Part shown: positions 24,101-37,341 of the stretch, piece by piece
Layout of the letters: each line of letters opens with the position of its first letter
Position numbering within the stretch: position 1 is the first letter of the stretch
Source of the DNA: Lingula anatina
Lineage: Eukaryota > Animalia > Brachiopoda
Direction: 5' to 3'
Length of the DNA: 64,000 nt
NCBI GenBank assembly: GCA_051362555.1
Contig: CM120641.1
Span: forward strand, 7,688,001-7,752,000
Translations under genes and position numbers: made by a program
Notes under the pieces: generated by a model
Told to the model about the DNA's origin: nothing
Seen by the model: only the letters and a program-made list of their open reading frames with translations
Databases searched by the model: none

Positions 24101-27100
24101 CATGTAACATTATGAGGTAAAATCAAAACAATTATACTGGATGCTGGATACTATCCCTACATTTCTTGGGTGAGAGACACTTCTTAGAAAGACGTCTGTA
24201 TCTTTTGATAACTAAAGAATGGTAGAGAGTAATGAGGAAATAAATAGGTTCACAAATGGAATTTAATAAGTAAAATATATCTTTTTACTTACTGGAGTTT
24301 CATACACACTAAGAGTGTCATGTGACATCCTAGCAAAGTATTTTCCATCATGACTCCACCTAGAAACCAGAAGTTGAATTTAAAATACAAAATGTAGATT
24401 ATGTTAAAAACTGACCATCAATAAACATCCAAAGATCATAAAAATATGAACTGACCATCAATAAACATCCAAAGATCATAAAACAATCTTTTAGGTACTT
24501 ACTTAAATACAGGCCACTGAGAGGCGCTTTCACAGTGAAAACCACGCTTCTTTTGTCCAGTGCGTGCATCCCATATGATAATTGCAGTTGGATCTTCCCT
24601 ATCTCCTGGGAGTGGGCTAAATGTAACCACATAGCTGAAAGACAAATATACAACTCAAAACTTGACTTACATGATATTTCAATAGCAGCTCCCTGGTGAT
24701 AAGACTACTGGCTAAGGTGATAATCTTTTAGTTTTGCTATTTAGTTTTGAGTTCTAGTTTCAAGAACTTGTTTACCATATTGAAATGATAGGCAAATCGT
24801 CAAGTTTTATTTGTGACCGTCCAAAACGTACAACCATGCTGGGAACCCTTAAATACCTTCACTGTTACTAGTTAACAAAATGTAAAAGGGCGATTCTAAA
24901 ATCATAAAAATTGTTCTTAAATATCATGTTTTTTCATTTGTCAATGGTGTAATTCAAACAACATATTCAAACTCATAATTATAATTTGGTCATTTTTACT
25001 AACCAACTGGTTTACATAAGAAACAATTAAAATTTTTGACAAGAAAAAAAGCCACATCTAAATCAAATTTCCATTGCAACATTAAAGCTTATAGTTTGGT
25101 GCATCTGGGGTGATTTTTATACAGTTTCTGGTCCAAGGATGTCCAGTAGACAACCCAGCCCTCTTCTTACCTTTCACAGGGTGAGAAATCTATCAGTTGA
25201 ACTCCTGGATGACTGAACCTCATGATCTGCTTGAACTTTTCCCCTCCCCACAGAGCTATACCTTTCTGGTGTAGAGTTGCCAGGTAGGTACCCAGTGGAG
25301 ACCACCTCACATAGGTTTCTGTCCAACGCTGAACAAAAAGGTGTTCATCTATAGATATACATCTTAATAACATACTGTTTTTGTTGTGCAGTAACTATTT
25401 ACTGTCCTGTATCCCTAGTGTTCCTTGCATTCTGAATTTGTTAACTGTTCAACAATATCTGGTGTTGCTTTAGACTATGTATATAACTTAAGTCACAAAA
25501 TTGCTGGTGATATTCTGAACTTTCTTTCCATATTTCTGGTCAGTAAAATGTGACAGGTTGGTATATTTATCTCTGTAAAATACTTACCACTCTTTCATCT
25601 AGACAAGTAGGCTCCCCTGGTGTATTTAGATAAATAGCAGTTTTCTCTCCTCCTTCATAGATAACACTGTACTGGTCCCGACACTCGGCGTCCAGAAGCC
25701 ATTGATGAAGATTGCCCTGAAAAGATGTAATATTTTCTTCCTCTTACCACTCATCTTTACCACTCTCATGTTTTTTTTTTAATTTTTCTTTCTTACCTTT
25801 TGCTAAAATGTCTTATACTTTACATTCAGCACTCTCTCATTCTGAATTAAAACATTGTTACAGTCATTTTCTCCACCTGCATTAGTCTGATATATACAGT
25901 TCATTAGGTGATCCTTCTGTAACTATACTTACTGGATCTTTAAAAGGTTGTGGCTCTGGGGGTTCCCACTCTTCAGAAACATTGACATACCTAGCAAATG
26001 TCAAAGAAAAAATAATAATTATGATTATGTTGAAGATGATTTCCACCTAAAAACACTGTTTTTTTGTAAAGATAAAATATACAGCTAAAACAAATCATCA
26101 GTTGGATATATATTCTGTAAATTTTCTTTAGTCAATTTTTCAACAACTAGATCTTGTTTTAGCCAGTCAGAGTCTTTTACCTGTCAAAATCTGAGACCAA
26201 ATTGACCAGAAATGTGTGCTGTTTGTCTAACTTGTATCCATTTGCCATTTTTACTGCTTCAGCAGCATTAGCAGGAGAGGAATACTCCAGAAAAATGTAC
26301 CTGGAAAAGAAATTGGAAACAATTATGGTAACTGTACATTTAATTGTAAATAAGTAAAATACAAAATTACCACAGATTTACAAAGTACAAAAGAAGGAAA
26401 TATTTAATGTGCTTGTAAAAGGGACTGGATAAGGGCTACAATCTTATAGAAAGTGTTGGACTAAGCTGTACATTACACCGATCTGCTAATACATGTATCA
26501 ATGAACTATTATAAAGAACACTATTTTTAATATTCATTTTTAAGGTTTAAGTGATTGAATCTAACTCCATTTTAATACTTAATTTTACATATGCATTCAC
26601 AATATGATGCACATATTACAAAGAGAGTTCAAAATATCCTTATTTATAATTTATCAAATGAACAAAAAAATATATACAAATTTTCAGCTGAAACTTTTTC
26701 ATATACCAAAATTAAGTTGTACTTACCCTTTCGTCTTGCCACTTTCATCTATAGGGTAGTTTTCATTCACTATATTTCCAAACTTAGAAAATATTTTTCT
26801 GATAACATTCTGGAGTTTTTCTAAGCGCTCCTGACCAACTTGAGGAATATTGTCTACTACTATAACAGATTCAACACCATCTGCTTCCCTGGGCTTTTGT
26901 CGTAAAAGGTCTCCTAGCAATTCTGCAAAAATTAAAACAAACTGCAAAATTATCCCAAATCAATACACAACTACAGTGCATTACAACACACATTTTGATG
27001 CAAGTCCCTTTTTGACAAATAAACTAAAATTTAAATCAATATATTCAGTTATATTAAAGTAAATTTTTAAAGATATATTTAAATTCTCTGATTTAATTTT

Positions 27101-27554
27101 ATATAAATCATTTTTCAAACAATTGCGAGGTGCATGCAATTTATAACACATGTCATCAACGTGACGTCTGGTACCTCAAACTTAACCAGGAAATTGTTCT
27201 CATCAAAAAGCCACTGTCAAAGTGCAGTGTACATAAAACTAAATTGGTATCTGATACCGTGAATGTAATCAACCGCAAGAAATTCACAATTATAATGCTA
27301 AAACTTCAGCACCGGCCTGAGATGGAGGTCCATATGGAATGATAGAGTGCGAATGAAACACATGCCCTAAGTATGGTCCGAAAATAAGTAAACTTGATGT
27401 ACTTACCCTCATCTGTAATATTATCAACGAATCCCTCTGGATCCTTGAAATCTTCTTCGTCATCAGTGTCATCGTCAACAGCATTTGCCTGTTGATTTTC
27501 TTTGTCTTTTTGAGACTTTTTCTTGCCGCCACCTTCGGGCTTGTCCTCGGCCAT
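14975..27554 (-). CDS. EIF3B: Eukaryotic translation initiation factor 3 subunit B (~705 aa, 17 exons)
   Basis: RRM ([30 protein letters not shown]) and WD motifs ([44 protein letters not shown]). Exons 27554-27407, 26922-26727, 26300-26181, 25990-25933, 25716-25588, 25328-25171, 24634-24503, 24359-24293, 24051-23767, 23617-23545, 23367-23245, 23009-22931, 22544-22406, 16013-15888, 15678-15601, 15394-15286, 15072-14975; total 2118 nt, in frame. Confidence 0.96.
16312..19068 (-). mobile_element. Non-autonomous Helentron/HINE-type element, family 1 copy 1, nested in the hAT
   Basis: Terminal hairpin TGTACCGCCAGCG-CTAA-CGCTGGTGGTACA, matching subTIR TTGTACCACCAGC at 16349-16361, palindrome GAGGCG-ATAC-CGCCTC, minus-strand 3' end CTAGTT, (CCGGCGGAG)n tract, no TSD; homologous copy at 59881-62081. 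Confidence 0.85.
16517..18085. repeat. 146-bp tandem repeat (~10-11 copies) internal to family-1 HINE
   Basis: GGTGAAAAGTAGGTCAAAGGTCAATTT recurs at 146-bp spacing (e.g. 16800, 16946). Confidence 0.95.
19347..21989 (-). CDS. hAT-like DDE transposase (~788 aa, 2 exons: 21989-21251 and 20974-19347)
   Basis: N-terminal BED-like zinc finger (CSVC...HARGMKH), [17 protein letters not shown] (CxxH), RW and SVERGFS motifs; GT-AG intron 21250-20975 restores one frame; probable +1 frameshift in the final codons. Confidence 0.88.
21016..21190. repeat. Two (TA)n microsatellites in the transposase intron
   Basis: (TA)n at ~21016-21059 and ~21139-21190. Confidence 0.9.
24409..24483. repeat. 40-bp-period tandem duplication in EIF3B intron 7
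   Basis: AACTGACCATCAATAAACATCCAAAGATCATAAAA occurs twice. Confidence 0.85.
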
Positions 27555-27646
27555 CTTGAAAACGTGAGGGAAGGACCGAAGTAAAGATCATGACGTACCA
27601 CATGATGTGCTCTTTTGCTAGTGAGTTTAAAATGATGGCACGTGGC
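27548..27646 (-). promoter_or_regulatory. EIF3B proximal promoter / 5' UTR motifs
   Basis: YY1-type CAAGATGGC overlaps the ATG; pyrimidine-rich leader CTTTACTTCGGTCCTTCCCTC; TGACGT and CACGTG motifs just upstream. Confidence 0.4.
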
Positions 27647-28899
27647 TCGTCATAAAAATGTTTTTTTTTTTGTATAAATAGATAATCAACGAAAGGTTCA
27701 TCAACCCTCAATTATTTCTATTTAAAATATAAATAATTTGATTACATTGTTCAGCATATTTTTTGAGCTGCGAGGATGCGGGGCGGGACTACGTCCAAAT
27801 GATGGAGGGGAATCGTTATAAAACGCATAAATATCTTTAGTCAATATTTTAGTGTATTTTTTGCTTGATGGTTATGGCTCTTCTGTGTATACAAGAAGGG
27901 TAGGGAATGTAGTCACAGGTCAGGATGACAATGACTCCCGCGGATTCTAGACAAGCACGTGTCCTACAGCCATAGAGCTAATGTTTTGCTATGCGCCTTA
28001 GTTTCGTACAATGTCCATCTTTCTCAAAACAAGAAATTTTGTTTATTATTAGAATTATATATTGCTGATTATATCTGAATAGTATCTTAATAAAAAAAAT
28101 GGGTCATAAAGGTATCAGGATCAAATTCTAGGCTCCACCTCTTTGAATGAAATGGATATTTAAGTTGATGGATTGAATTATGTGGGAATAAATCCAGGGA
28201 CATCAATGGCATAAATGTATATTGGTCGCAGCTACCGCTTTGATGTGCTTACCCAACGTCTTATCTCAGGTTTGGGGTTTCCAGTAATGTGTGTCAGTAA
28301 TAACAGAAACATTCCAATGTACATATATATATTTTTATATATCTTCATAAATAATATATTACAACATTTTCTCTTTAATTTCAATTACACATGTACCATA
28401 CATAGTGACAAAACATGGTTGCTGTTTTCTACTCTACCTTGCACAATTGCTCGTTTAATTATTTTCAAGTAAAGGACGAAACAGCAGTTTGTTTTTTTTT
28501 AATTTCAGTCATCGAAACAATTACTTGCTTACAGTAAAACGTCAGTATATATAGCCACGTACATCATTATACGTATATGTAAATTACCTCAACTCTTTCC
28601 TTGTTAGTTTTTTGTTGGTTCCATCAGCATATTGCCATACAACCCAAAATGCACAACATTCTTTTTCCTTTTTTGAGATAACTTTTCTAAATTTTCTTTG
28701 GTTTTCAGTAATTAAACATGTCATTGAACTGCTGTTTTTTCTCTCCAATAATTTTTTTCAGCAGGGGTGTTAATTCAATGTCTAACAATGTAACAAATTT
28801 TTATTTTAACTACAATAAGAAAACAAGCAAAATCTGTCTTTCTAATTACACTTCATCTAAAAAATAATACCATTGACAATTTTTGTTGATCAGCTGGTT

Positions 28900-30310
28900 A
28901 GGAAGGAGAACTCTGTTCCAGGGAACTAGAACTATCACAATCACTCCTACCATAATAGTTAAGAGTTATTGATGGAATCTTCTTAAACCACCAACACACT
29001 GCATCACCAACAAGATTATGGGTTCGCTGAAGGCAAATTAGGATAAGACAAAAGCCTTTTTCTTGATAGGGGCTATTGCAAACTTCAAAGAAAACTATAT
29101 TTGAGGCCACTTTGAATGTTGATAAGGACTTTGACAGCCCCTAACATGAAAGCGTACTGGACAAGCTCTTAGAGATGGAGGGAGGAAATTAATTATCTAT
29201 AAAAAACCTGAAACCCAGAGTGCAATTAAACAGTGAGGCATACAAAGGACTTATAATAAGAAAAAAAAAACAGTAAAGGAAAGCTACTGTAACTAGTCCT
29301 GAGGACTAGAATACGTACACCAGCTAGTACACAGAGGGGGTGGATAATTACATTAGGAGCATCTGTGTCTCATTCCAAACATGACCCACTGGGATGTTCT
29401 AACTGGCACACAAACATTTAACAATGGTCTCAACAATGAACAAATAGGAAAACTTGCAACTCAATAAGAGCTACACATGGCCTGTAAGCTATCTTGATAT
29501 CTATTGGTGTTTCAGGAACAGGAAATGGCCACAATAAGTCTCTTTGCTGTATTATTGATATCCCAGATAAGGCAGCACTAACAGCACTGTATGGCCTCAC
29601 GGGATTTCTGCAACTCAATGCATTCCACATTCAGATTGAGATTCTCCTTAGCTCTTCTAGAAAAGGGAATCATCAGAAATGTTATTCTCAGACAATGTGC
29701 TGCCAAGAATCTATACTCTGTCTCCTGGATTATACATCTCAAGCAACTACTCTACACCTACATTCATTCGACTTTTTAAATGTGTTTTACAGACAATTTC
29801 CACCATCTACTTTCCTGGATTTCAGTTCATATGACAGCGTGAATTTCTGTGCTGAGAAGTCTTCATTTGACCCATTTCATCTGGCAGAAGAGCACATTTG
29901 GTGGCAAAAGTTATACAATTTGTGTCTCTCAATAAGCAAAATGAATATTAAAAACCACCATGTCTTGCTTGAGTAGATAAAACAAGGCAGCAAAGCTGTC
30001 AAATGTACAGACAAAAAACAGAAAATAAAGATGCAAAATAGGTCATTTTGTCAATTTTGATGCAATAATAAATAATGCTTATAATAGCACTGTCAGTCAA
30101 CACTGAATTTTAATCATGCACAACAGGTAAAATGGTCAATAACATGAGCGGACCCACAGATATTTTCTGACAGTATTCCAAAGTATCTATTTTGATCCAT
30201 CCTCCATTTTGATGGTCTTCCAACAGAAGAAAAAATAGATACCAGGCAATATAAACTTAATAACCTGCATGACTGTCTTCCGGAAGTCCCAGAAGATGGT
30301 CTCAATCTAC
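28900..30310 (-). pseudogene. Possible highly degraded L1/Tx1-type LINE ORF2 remnant
   Basis: Broken frames with RDLLW..KIAYR, PICS..ETI..C (zf-RVT-like) and W..D..RYFGI-like stretches; many stops and frameshifts; weak. Confidence 0.25.
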
Positions 30311-30552
30311 CCTTTCAATAAGATTACAGTTTCAGGACCATGAGAGTTCAAATTCACATGATGTAAGTCTCAATATTTGAAAAATGATGACAGTGCATAA
30401 AATAATATTACATAAGTAACATAATGTTTAAAGACATAAAAAACAATACAACTGCTTATGTGGAAAAACAGAAATGTCAGAGTCTCAGGCGGATGAGAGT
30501 TTAAAGTCACAAATGCAAGTGTTTGAGAAAAAATTATAAAGGAAAACAACAA

Positions 30553-30737
30553 AACTAGAAAAGCACTCCGAGAGTGCAGACCTCTGCCAAGGTAGCAATT
30601 GTTGATTATTATTGATTTTTGTCCTCTTTGGCCCACTTCTGACAGTTCCTGAAAATTTCAGCAAAATCGGTCCATAACTTTTTGAGTTATGTTGATGACA
30701 AACAGGGGTGAAAATATAACCTCCTTGGCAGAGGTAA
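30553..30737 (-). mobile_element. Short HINE-type element, family 3
   Basis: subTIR ACCTCTGCCAAGG (30580-30592) / CCTTGGCAGAGGT (30723-30735), palindrome GCACTC-CGA-GAGTGC, minus-strand 3' end CTAGTT. Confidence 0.75.
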
Positions 30738-30783
30738 ATATAATTCCAATGAAGCTGCTATTCAAACTTTTAATCTTTCAGTT

Positions 30784-30837
<54 letters not shown>

Positions 30838-33699
30838 CTTATTTGCAATATTAAACAAAATTTACCTGCATAATTATCACTGCTTCCTTATTATTAATCT
30901 AGCAGAGAGCTTAACCTATGGGAGTTTACAGGGAAATATCAACAAGTGTGCTTTATGTAATCTCAAATCACAAGTGTGCTTTATGTAGCCTATCAATTAG
31001 GCAAATTACTTTATAACTGAAATTAGCGAAGTGATACCCAAGGGAAATTTATAGACTGACCCTCTCAAAGGTCTTTCAGGCCCATAAGTCACAACTTAAG
31101 AAGAGCACAAAACAATAATGCACAAAATAGGAGACTACCACTTCTGATGCAATAATACATTATGTTTAAAGATGCATACAAAGTCAATTTTTTGTCACAA
31201 AAACCAACCAAATGCCAGGATATAGTTTCAAGTAGTATAACTAAGAGAATTACCAAAAAGCATTGTTTAATTTTACCCGAAAATGATGTTTGAACAGATT
31301 TTTCTGCTGGCATTCTAAGCTGTATGTCAATGGGGCAGGAAAGTAGGTCACGGAAGTAGGTTAAATTTACAACCATAAATTTAAAGAAAGGAGCAGTCTA
31401 AAGGTCTTTTTTGGCTGATCGAGTGATCTATTCAGTTTATCCCTTGGCTTGTCAAATTTATTTGAGTCATATAAGATTCTAGTAGAAGTGGTTTACATGT
31501 GTTACTCGGAATCCACACTCCACCGATGCTCGGTTCGTATGTACCTTTAACTGCACAGTCAACATCAAATTTTAATTTTGCACAACAGGTAACACCGATG
31601 AGAGTAAAAGCATAAGGCTTCAGGCCCATCAGAGTTCAAGTTTATACTTAGAAAGTGCCAGAATGAGAAAAATGAAATTTCACACAAAATTGCATTAAAT
31701 TCAATAATAAATGATAACCCAATTGACCTGGCTTTCTAATTTGAACTGCATGCCAATCCTAAAAATCATACTCTTAAGTTAAATATAATAATAAATAACA
31801 CAGTTTTCTTTTCATAATGTTTGCAGTAGCAGTGCAAAAAGATTATTGTCAATTTTGATGTAACATTACATAATAAATTATAGAATAATTATCACCAATT
31901 TTTGATTATTGACTATAAATAGCATGAACATGTAGAAAATTTGATTACCATCCGGCTTCATGTCCATGGGAGCTCCGAGTCCCACAATGAATATGCCAAA
32001 AAGATAATGAATATTTCACTAAAATGAATAACTTCCAGAAAAAGAAGCCCATTAGACTGCTTTTCCAACTTGGGCTGCATTTTAGTCCTGTGTTTCTTTT
32101 TTGAAAGTTTGACAATCATAACGAACACGATTTTCCCATCATGGTCATCATGGCAGATGTGGATGATTGAATCTGACAAACTGCAATGATATGAGTTTAT
32201 TTCCGTTTTGGACACTTGATTACACAATACATGATAACAAGTTTACCATCATTTTTACATAATCAACTAACAATGTTGTAAAGATGCAGGAAATATCAAA
32301 CACACACTTTTACGTATCTTATTAGTTCAATAATGAGACTGTTAACATGCCTAAGAATTGAATCCGAGGAAATTTGAAAAAACAGTACAACTTCTAAAAT
32401 AATGGCCCGATAACACTGATTTTCGAACTCAACCTGCATTTTTGTAAGATTGACCACTCCTGTGAGTATAATGACAATTGGCTAAGCTGTTTTTCTTATA
32501 TTGTGTTATTAATGTTGCATATATGTTGAAAAAAGTGAAAAAACAGCATAAAAAATTAAAAGAAAATGTAAAATAAAACATAACAAAAAATACCAATAAA
32601 GCTGCTATTCAAACTTTTAATCTAGCTGTACAATTACTAACATGATATGAATAACCCTATTGAGTTTGAGAATAATAAGGCACTGTTATTCATCTTTAGC
32701 ATTAATGTAAGCGTTACACAAATTTTTTTTTGTAAACTTATTTTCCATATTAAATAACATTTACCTGCATAATAATCATCGATTCCTAATTATGTGACAC
32801 AGTTAAGAAAGCTAAACCGATGGGACTTTACAATGAAATCTCAATGTGTTTTTATGTAATCTCATTTAATACCCACTTGAAAATTAATTAAGCAAATTAT
32901 TTTATAACCCTGAAATAACTTGAAAATCAATTAAGCAAATTATTTTATGGCCCTGAATTAACTGCCTACTATCCATATACATTTATTGCACCAAATAGCA
33001 CTGTACTGCATTGCTTTCAAAACAGAAAACAATTACGATGGTTTTCCAACACAAGCTGCACTTCACTCTTTTCAGTAAGGTTGATTATCATAAGTAACAT
33101 GGTTTTCCCTTAATCGCTATCCTGGCAGCAGTGTCCAAAATAGGGTTTTCTTTAACTTTCATGCAATATAACATAATACTTAACAGCATAATGACCATCA
33201 AATTTTTTATAAAAAAATAAAAGTATCATGGATATTCAGAAAATGTGATATGGAAAGGTCTCCAAGGACATGGAAGTTAGGGTCACACTTTCAAAATGCC
33301 AAAATGTTAACAAGAGATAACTGAACTGAAATGATTTTCTTTCCATTTTCAACACCTTTTTTACATAAAACCATCATCAATTAACTGTCATTTTTAAATG
33401 ATCAACTAGGAAAATTGTTGACATAGGAAAAATATCAATAGAACAATTTATAATGTCCAATTAGCTCCATTTGGAGATTCTGAACATAGTGAATGATTGA
33501 ATCTGACGAACTGCAATGATGAGTTCCTTTCCATTTTTGATACTTTATTACACAATGCAGGATAATAGGTTTACCGTCATTTTTATATAATCAACTAACA
33601 ATATTGTTAAGAAGCAGAAAATGTTAAAACAACACTTTAACATATCCAATTAGTACCGTTATGAGACTGTTAACATGCTTAAGAATTAAATCTGAAGAA

Positions 33700-34995
33700 A
33701 AACCACTTATATACAAAAAGGCTAATAACTTCATCAAAACTTAACGGATCAAGCTTATTTTCAAACTTGATCTGTATACTGGTCAGATTGATCACTCCTG
33801 TGAGTTGCAAGACAAAAGGCTGATTGGTTTTCCTTAAAATGCGTTATCAGTGTTGCATGTATGCTGAATAAAGGGAAAAAAACAGCATTACTTTTGTAAA
33901 AATAGTCCAATCATGCCAATTTTCAAACTTGACCTGCGTATAATAAATATTCACCAGTTCTGTAAATTTCAATCCAAGGAAAGGAAAAACATTTTTACAC
34001 TTATCATGTTATCGGTGTTATAAAAGTGCTGAAAAAATTGAAAAAAAAAAACAAAAACAGGATAACTTCCATAAAAATTGCCCGATCTTGCTGATTTTCA
34101 AACTTGACCTGCATATTATGAATATTCATTAGTTCTGTAAGTTTCAAGCCAAATGAAAAAACAGTTTTCCACTTATTGTGTTATCAGTGCTGCATATATG
34201 CTGAAAAAAGTGAAAAAACAGCATAAATTCCCTAACAATAATTGAATCATGCTGATTTTCGAACTTGACTTGCGTATTATGAATATTGATCAGTTCTACA
34301 AGTTTCAAGCCAAAAGGTAAATTGGTTTTCCACTTATGGTGTTATCATGCGGCATATATGCTGAAAAATAGTGAAAAAACAGCATAAATTCCCTAAAAAT
34401 GACCCAATCATGCTGATTTTCGAACTTGACCTGTGTATTATGAATATTAATCAGTTTTGTAAGTTTCAAGCCAAAAGGTAGGATGGTTTTCCACTTATCG
34501 TGTTATCGGGGTTGCATATATGCTGAAAAAAGTGAAAAAACAGCATAAATTCACTAAAAATGACCCGATCATGCTGATTTTCGAACTTGACCTGCGTATT
34601 ATGAATATTCATCAGTTCTGTAACTTTCAAGCCAAAAGGTAAAATGGTTTTTCACTTATCGTGTTATCGGTGCTGCATATATGCTGAAAAAAGTGAAAAA
34701 ACAGCATAAATTCCCTAAAAATGACCCGATCATGCTGATTTTCGAACTTGACCTGCGTATTATGAATATTCATCAGTTCTGTAACTTTCAAGCCAAAAGG
34801 TAAAATGGTTTTTCACTTGTCGTGTTATCGGTGCTGCATATATGCTGAAAAAAGTGAAAAAACAGCATAAATTCCCTAAAAGTGACCCGATCATGCTGAT
34901 TTTCGAACTTGACCTGCGTATTATGAATATTCATCAGTTCTGTAAGTTTCATACCAAAAGAAAAAACAGTTTTCCATTTATCGTGTTATCGGTAA
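33700..34995. repeat. 161-bp tandem repeat (~8 copies, homogeneity rising rightwards) in family-2 HINE
   Basis: TGCTGAAAAAAGTGAAAAAACAGC at 34521, 34682 and 34843; more diverged copies to the left. Confidence 0.92.
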
Positions 34996-35151
34996 AAGTG
35001 CACGGCGACGGCGACGGCGACGACGGCGACAGCGACGACGGCGACGACAGACGCAGATGATGGCTATATGTACAGACACATCTGTGTCTGTACATAAAAA
35101 GTCTTTAATACACTCAGTCTGATGTCCAGCATTAAGTCAGGCTAAACTCTG

Positions 35152-37097
35152 CTATAACCTTTGGATCTGAATTTGGAATTTACCTGGAAAAATGAGACCA
35201 TATGAATGGAAGAAAATAATTAAATTATGGCAATAACTTAGAATTCATTTCACTTCACTTTACTGGGATTTACACTATCTTTAACCAAATATATCCCTAT
35301 TTTAAGCTGTACAAAATATTTTCAAAAAGATAAAACACATTGGCACTAACATGTGTACAAACACAGTATTTTTCAAACAGAACGATAATAGAAAATACAG
35401 TTATATACACCCGTCAATATTTTGTCTGAAACAATGAGACTTACAAGCTGGCATTGCACTAACTTCAGCAGTAACATTACTAGCAATTCCTAGATTGCTC
35501 AGAGCACCTCTGATCAAACCACAGGGAAAGGCTAAAAACTGAAAAAGATATGCAAATCATAGTTAAGTAATTCAGATAGAAAACATAGCAAAGCAAAATA
35601 TTGTAAAACCATTTTTCTTCCCATTTTAAGAAAATGTACAGAATCTAAAAACTGTTTTCTATTTTACATGATTAACTTTACCTGTGGGGCATACTCCATA
35701 TATTGTTTCCCCTCTGATATTTGTGTAAGTAGCCTAAATTTATTGTCCTGTAATACATAAACACCCTGAAAATGTAAAAACCAACTATTAAACCGTTATA
35801 TATTTTTGAAATGTTGAATTCAGTCATATTAAATGTATAATAATAAATTGGAAGTTGCTTAGATGAGCACTTCACCCATCCCGATAAATTAAGTATGACG
35901 TCACATTTTGTTACTAAAATATAGCTTTACATAATTCTGTATTTCTTATTGACAATGATATAATTGATAGGCTCATGGTTCTATAAAATTTTTATTAAAA
36001 GCTGAAAAAAAATCTATAACTGATTTGGGAATAAATTAGTTAAATTGGCACAATTCGAAACATATTATAGAGTGACCTAATAAGTTAAAACCAACCTGGT
36101 GATTTGTTCTAAGATTGTCAATTTGTTTTTTGTAACAAGATGTCCACAGGTCCTTGCATATAAATTTCATGGTGTCTAATTCATCTTTAAAACGTGGAAC
36201 TTCTTTTGTAAATCTGAAAAATAACTTGCTGGAATCAATACATCTTAATAAGTTATTTGAGTATTTATCAAAATAATACACAACCATCTTATTATTTCTT
36301 TTCGCTACATTTATATAAAAAAATTTTTAATAAAAACTTAGTGCCTTCAACTCTGTACAGATGAAATAAATATACACATTTTTGTTTATGACAAGCACAT
36401 GTCACAATGCTAGGAAAATATCCAGGATTTTAAGATGGGGGAGCTTACAAAATTCACCTGTCATTCTTACTGGTCTATCCTCCTTTCCATTTTTATCAAC
36501 ATGTCAGTGTGGCTAATAGAAAAGGAAAGGAAGGATGTGACTTACCTTTCTACGAGTCTCTGGCCCACTCTGTAACCAAGGAATTCAAGCTTGGTGAATG
36601 CACTTTCCTGTAATATAAAATGTTGACCAAAGAAGCTGCTCACCACCAGTATGAATGACTGCAATTTTGGTGGGAGGACACCTACATGTACTTAAAACGA
36701 GATTTAAACTTTTAAAGAAATGTAAAACAAAATTAACTGACAGTTACTAGTAAAGTAATCCATCCTGACATTTTCCTTAAATCATGACCCGCCTTTCCCC
36801 CACTTTTACTGTCGGTTTCACAGAGTTGCAAGGAGGCAGAAGGGCCTTGGTTTAAATAAGCTTATGGTGCTCCATTAATATCTTACTAGAAACCATGCAT
36901 ATAACAAATAACCCATTTAATTTTAATTATAATAGTTCATTGTCTTCACGTTAGCTATTGCAAAGGTCATCATAACATGAGAATGATATTGCAACACACA
37001 CTTTTACCATATGTACCTTTTCATCTTTTCTCGCTGACTGTAAGAACTGACCAACAATTTCCATGTGAAAGAACTCAAACAGAACCTCGTCTGCCAT
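35152..37097 (-). CDS. TRAPPC6B: Trafficking protein particle complex subunit 6 (TRAPPC6B-like, 156 aa, 6 exons)
   Basis: MADEVLFEFFHMEIV, LEFLGYRVGQRLVERFTKE, MKFICKDLW...KKQIDNLRTNHQGVYVLQDNKF, FPCGLIRGALSNLGI. Exons 37097-37017, 36607-36546, 36213-36096, 35765-35682, 35538-35445, 35183-35152 (471 nt). Confidence 0.95.
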
Positions 37098-37341
37098 CCC
37101 TCTTATTTTGATGCAAGGAATTGTGGGTAATAGAGGATAGTAAATAGGTCAGTTTGACACAAGTATCGGAAGACAATTCAAAACATTAAAATGCGCATTT
37201 TCTTCGATTTAACAGCTGAAATATGAATTCCATAACTTTTAAAGTTTTGGAATGAATAAATATTTCTATATTTCGTCTAAAAATGGCACAGATTCACAAC
37301 CGGAAGAAAGTCATTGAGCATGCGCATTATCGACCTCAAGT
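37098..37341. promoter_or_regulatory. Bidirectional promoter between TRAPPC6 and Pinin
   Basis: Only 244 bp between divergent ATGs; ETS/GABP-type ACCGGAAG (37299-37306) and NRF1-type GCATGCGCA (37318-37326). Confidence 0.75.

Larger units (their letters stand above)
29981..35100 (-). mobile_element. Non-autonomous Helentron/HINE-type element, family 2 copy A (composite, internally rearranged)
   Basis: Right-end hairpin TATGTACAGACAC-ATCT-GTGTCTGTACATA (35067-35096) next to a (GAC/GGC)n microsatellite; left end AACAAGGCAGCAAAGCTGTC plus subTIR ATGTACAGAC. The same two ends bound 44692-47060. Whether the whole interior is a single element is uncertain. Confidence 0.65.
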
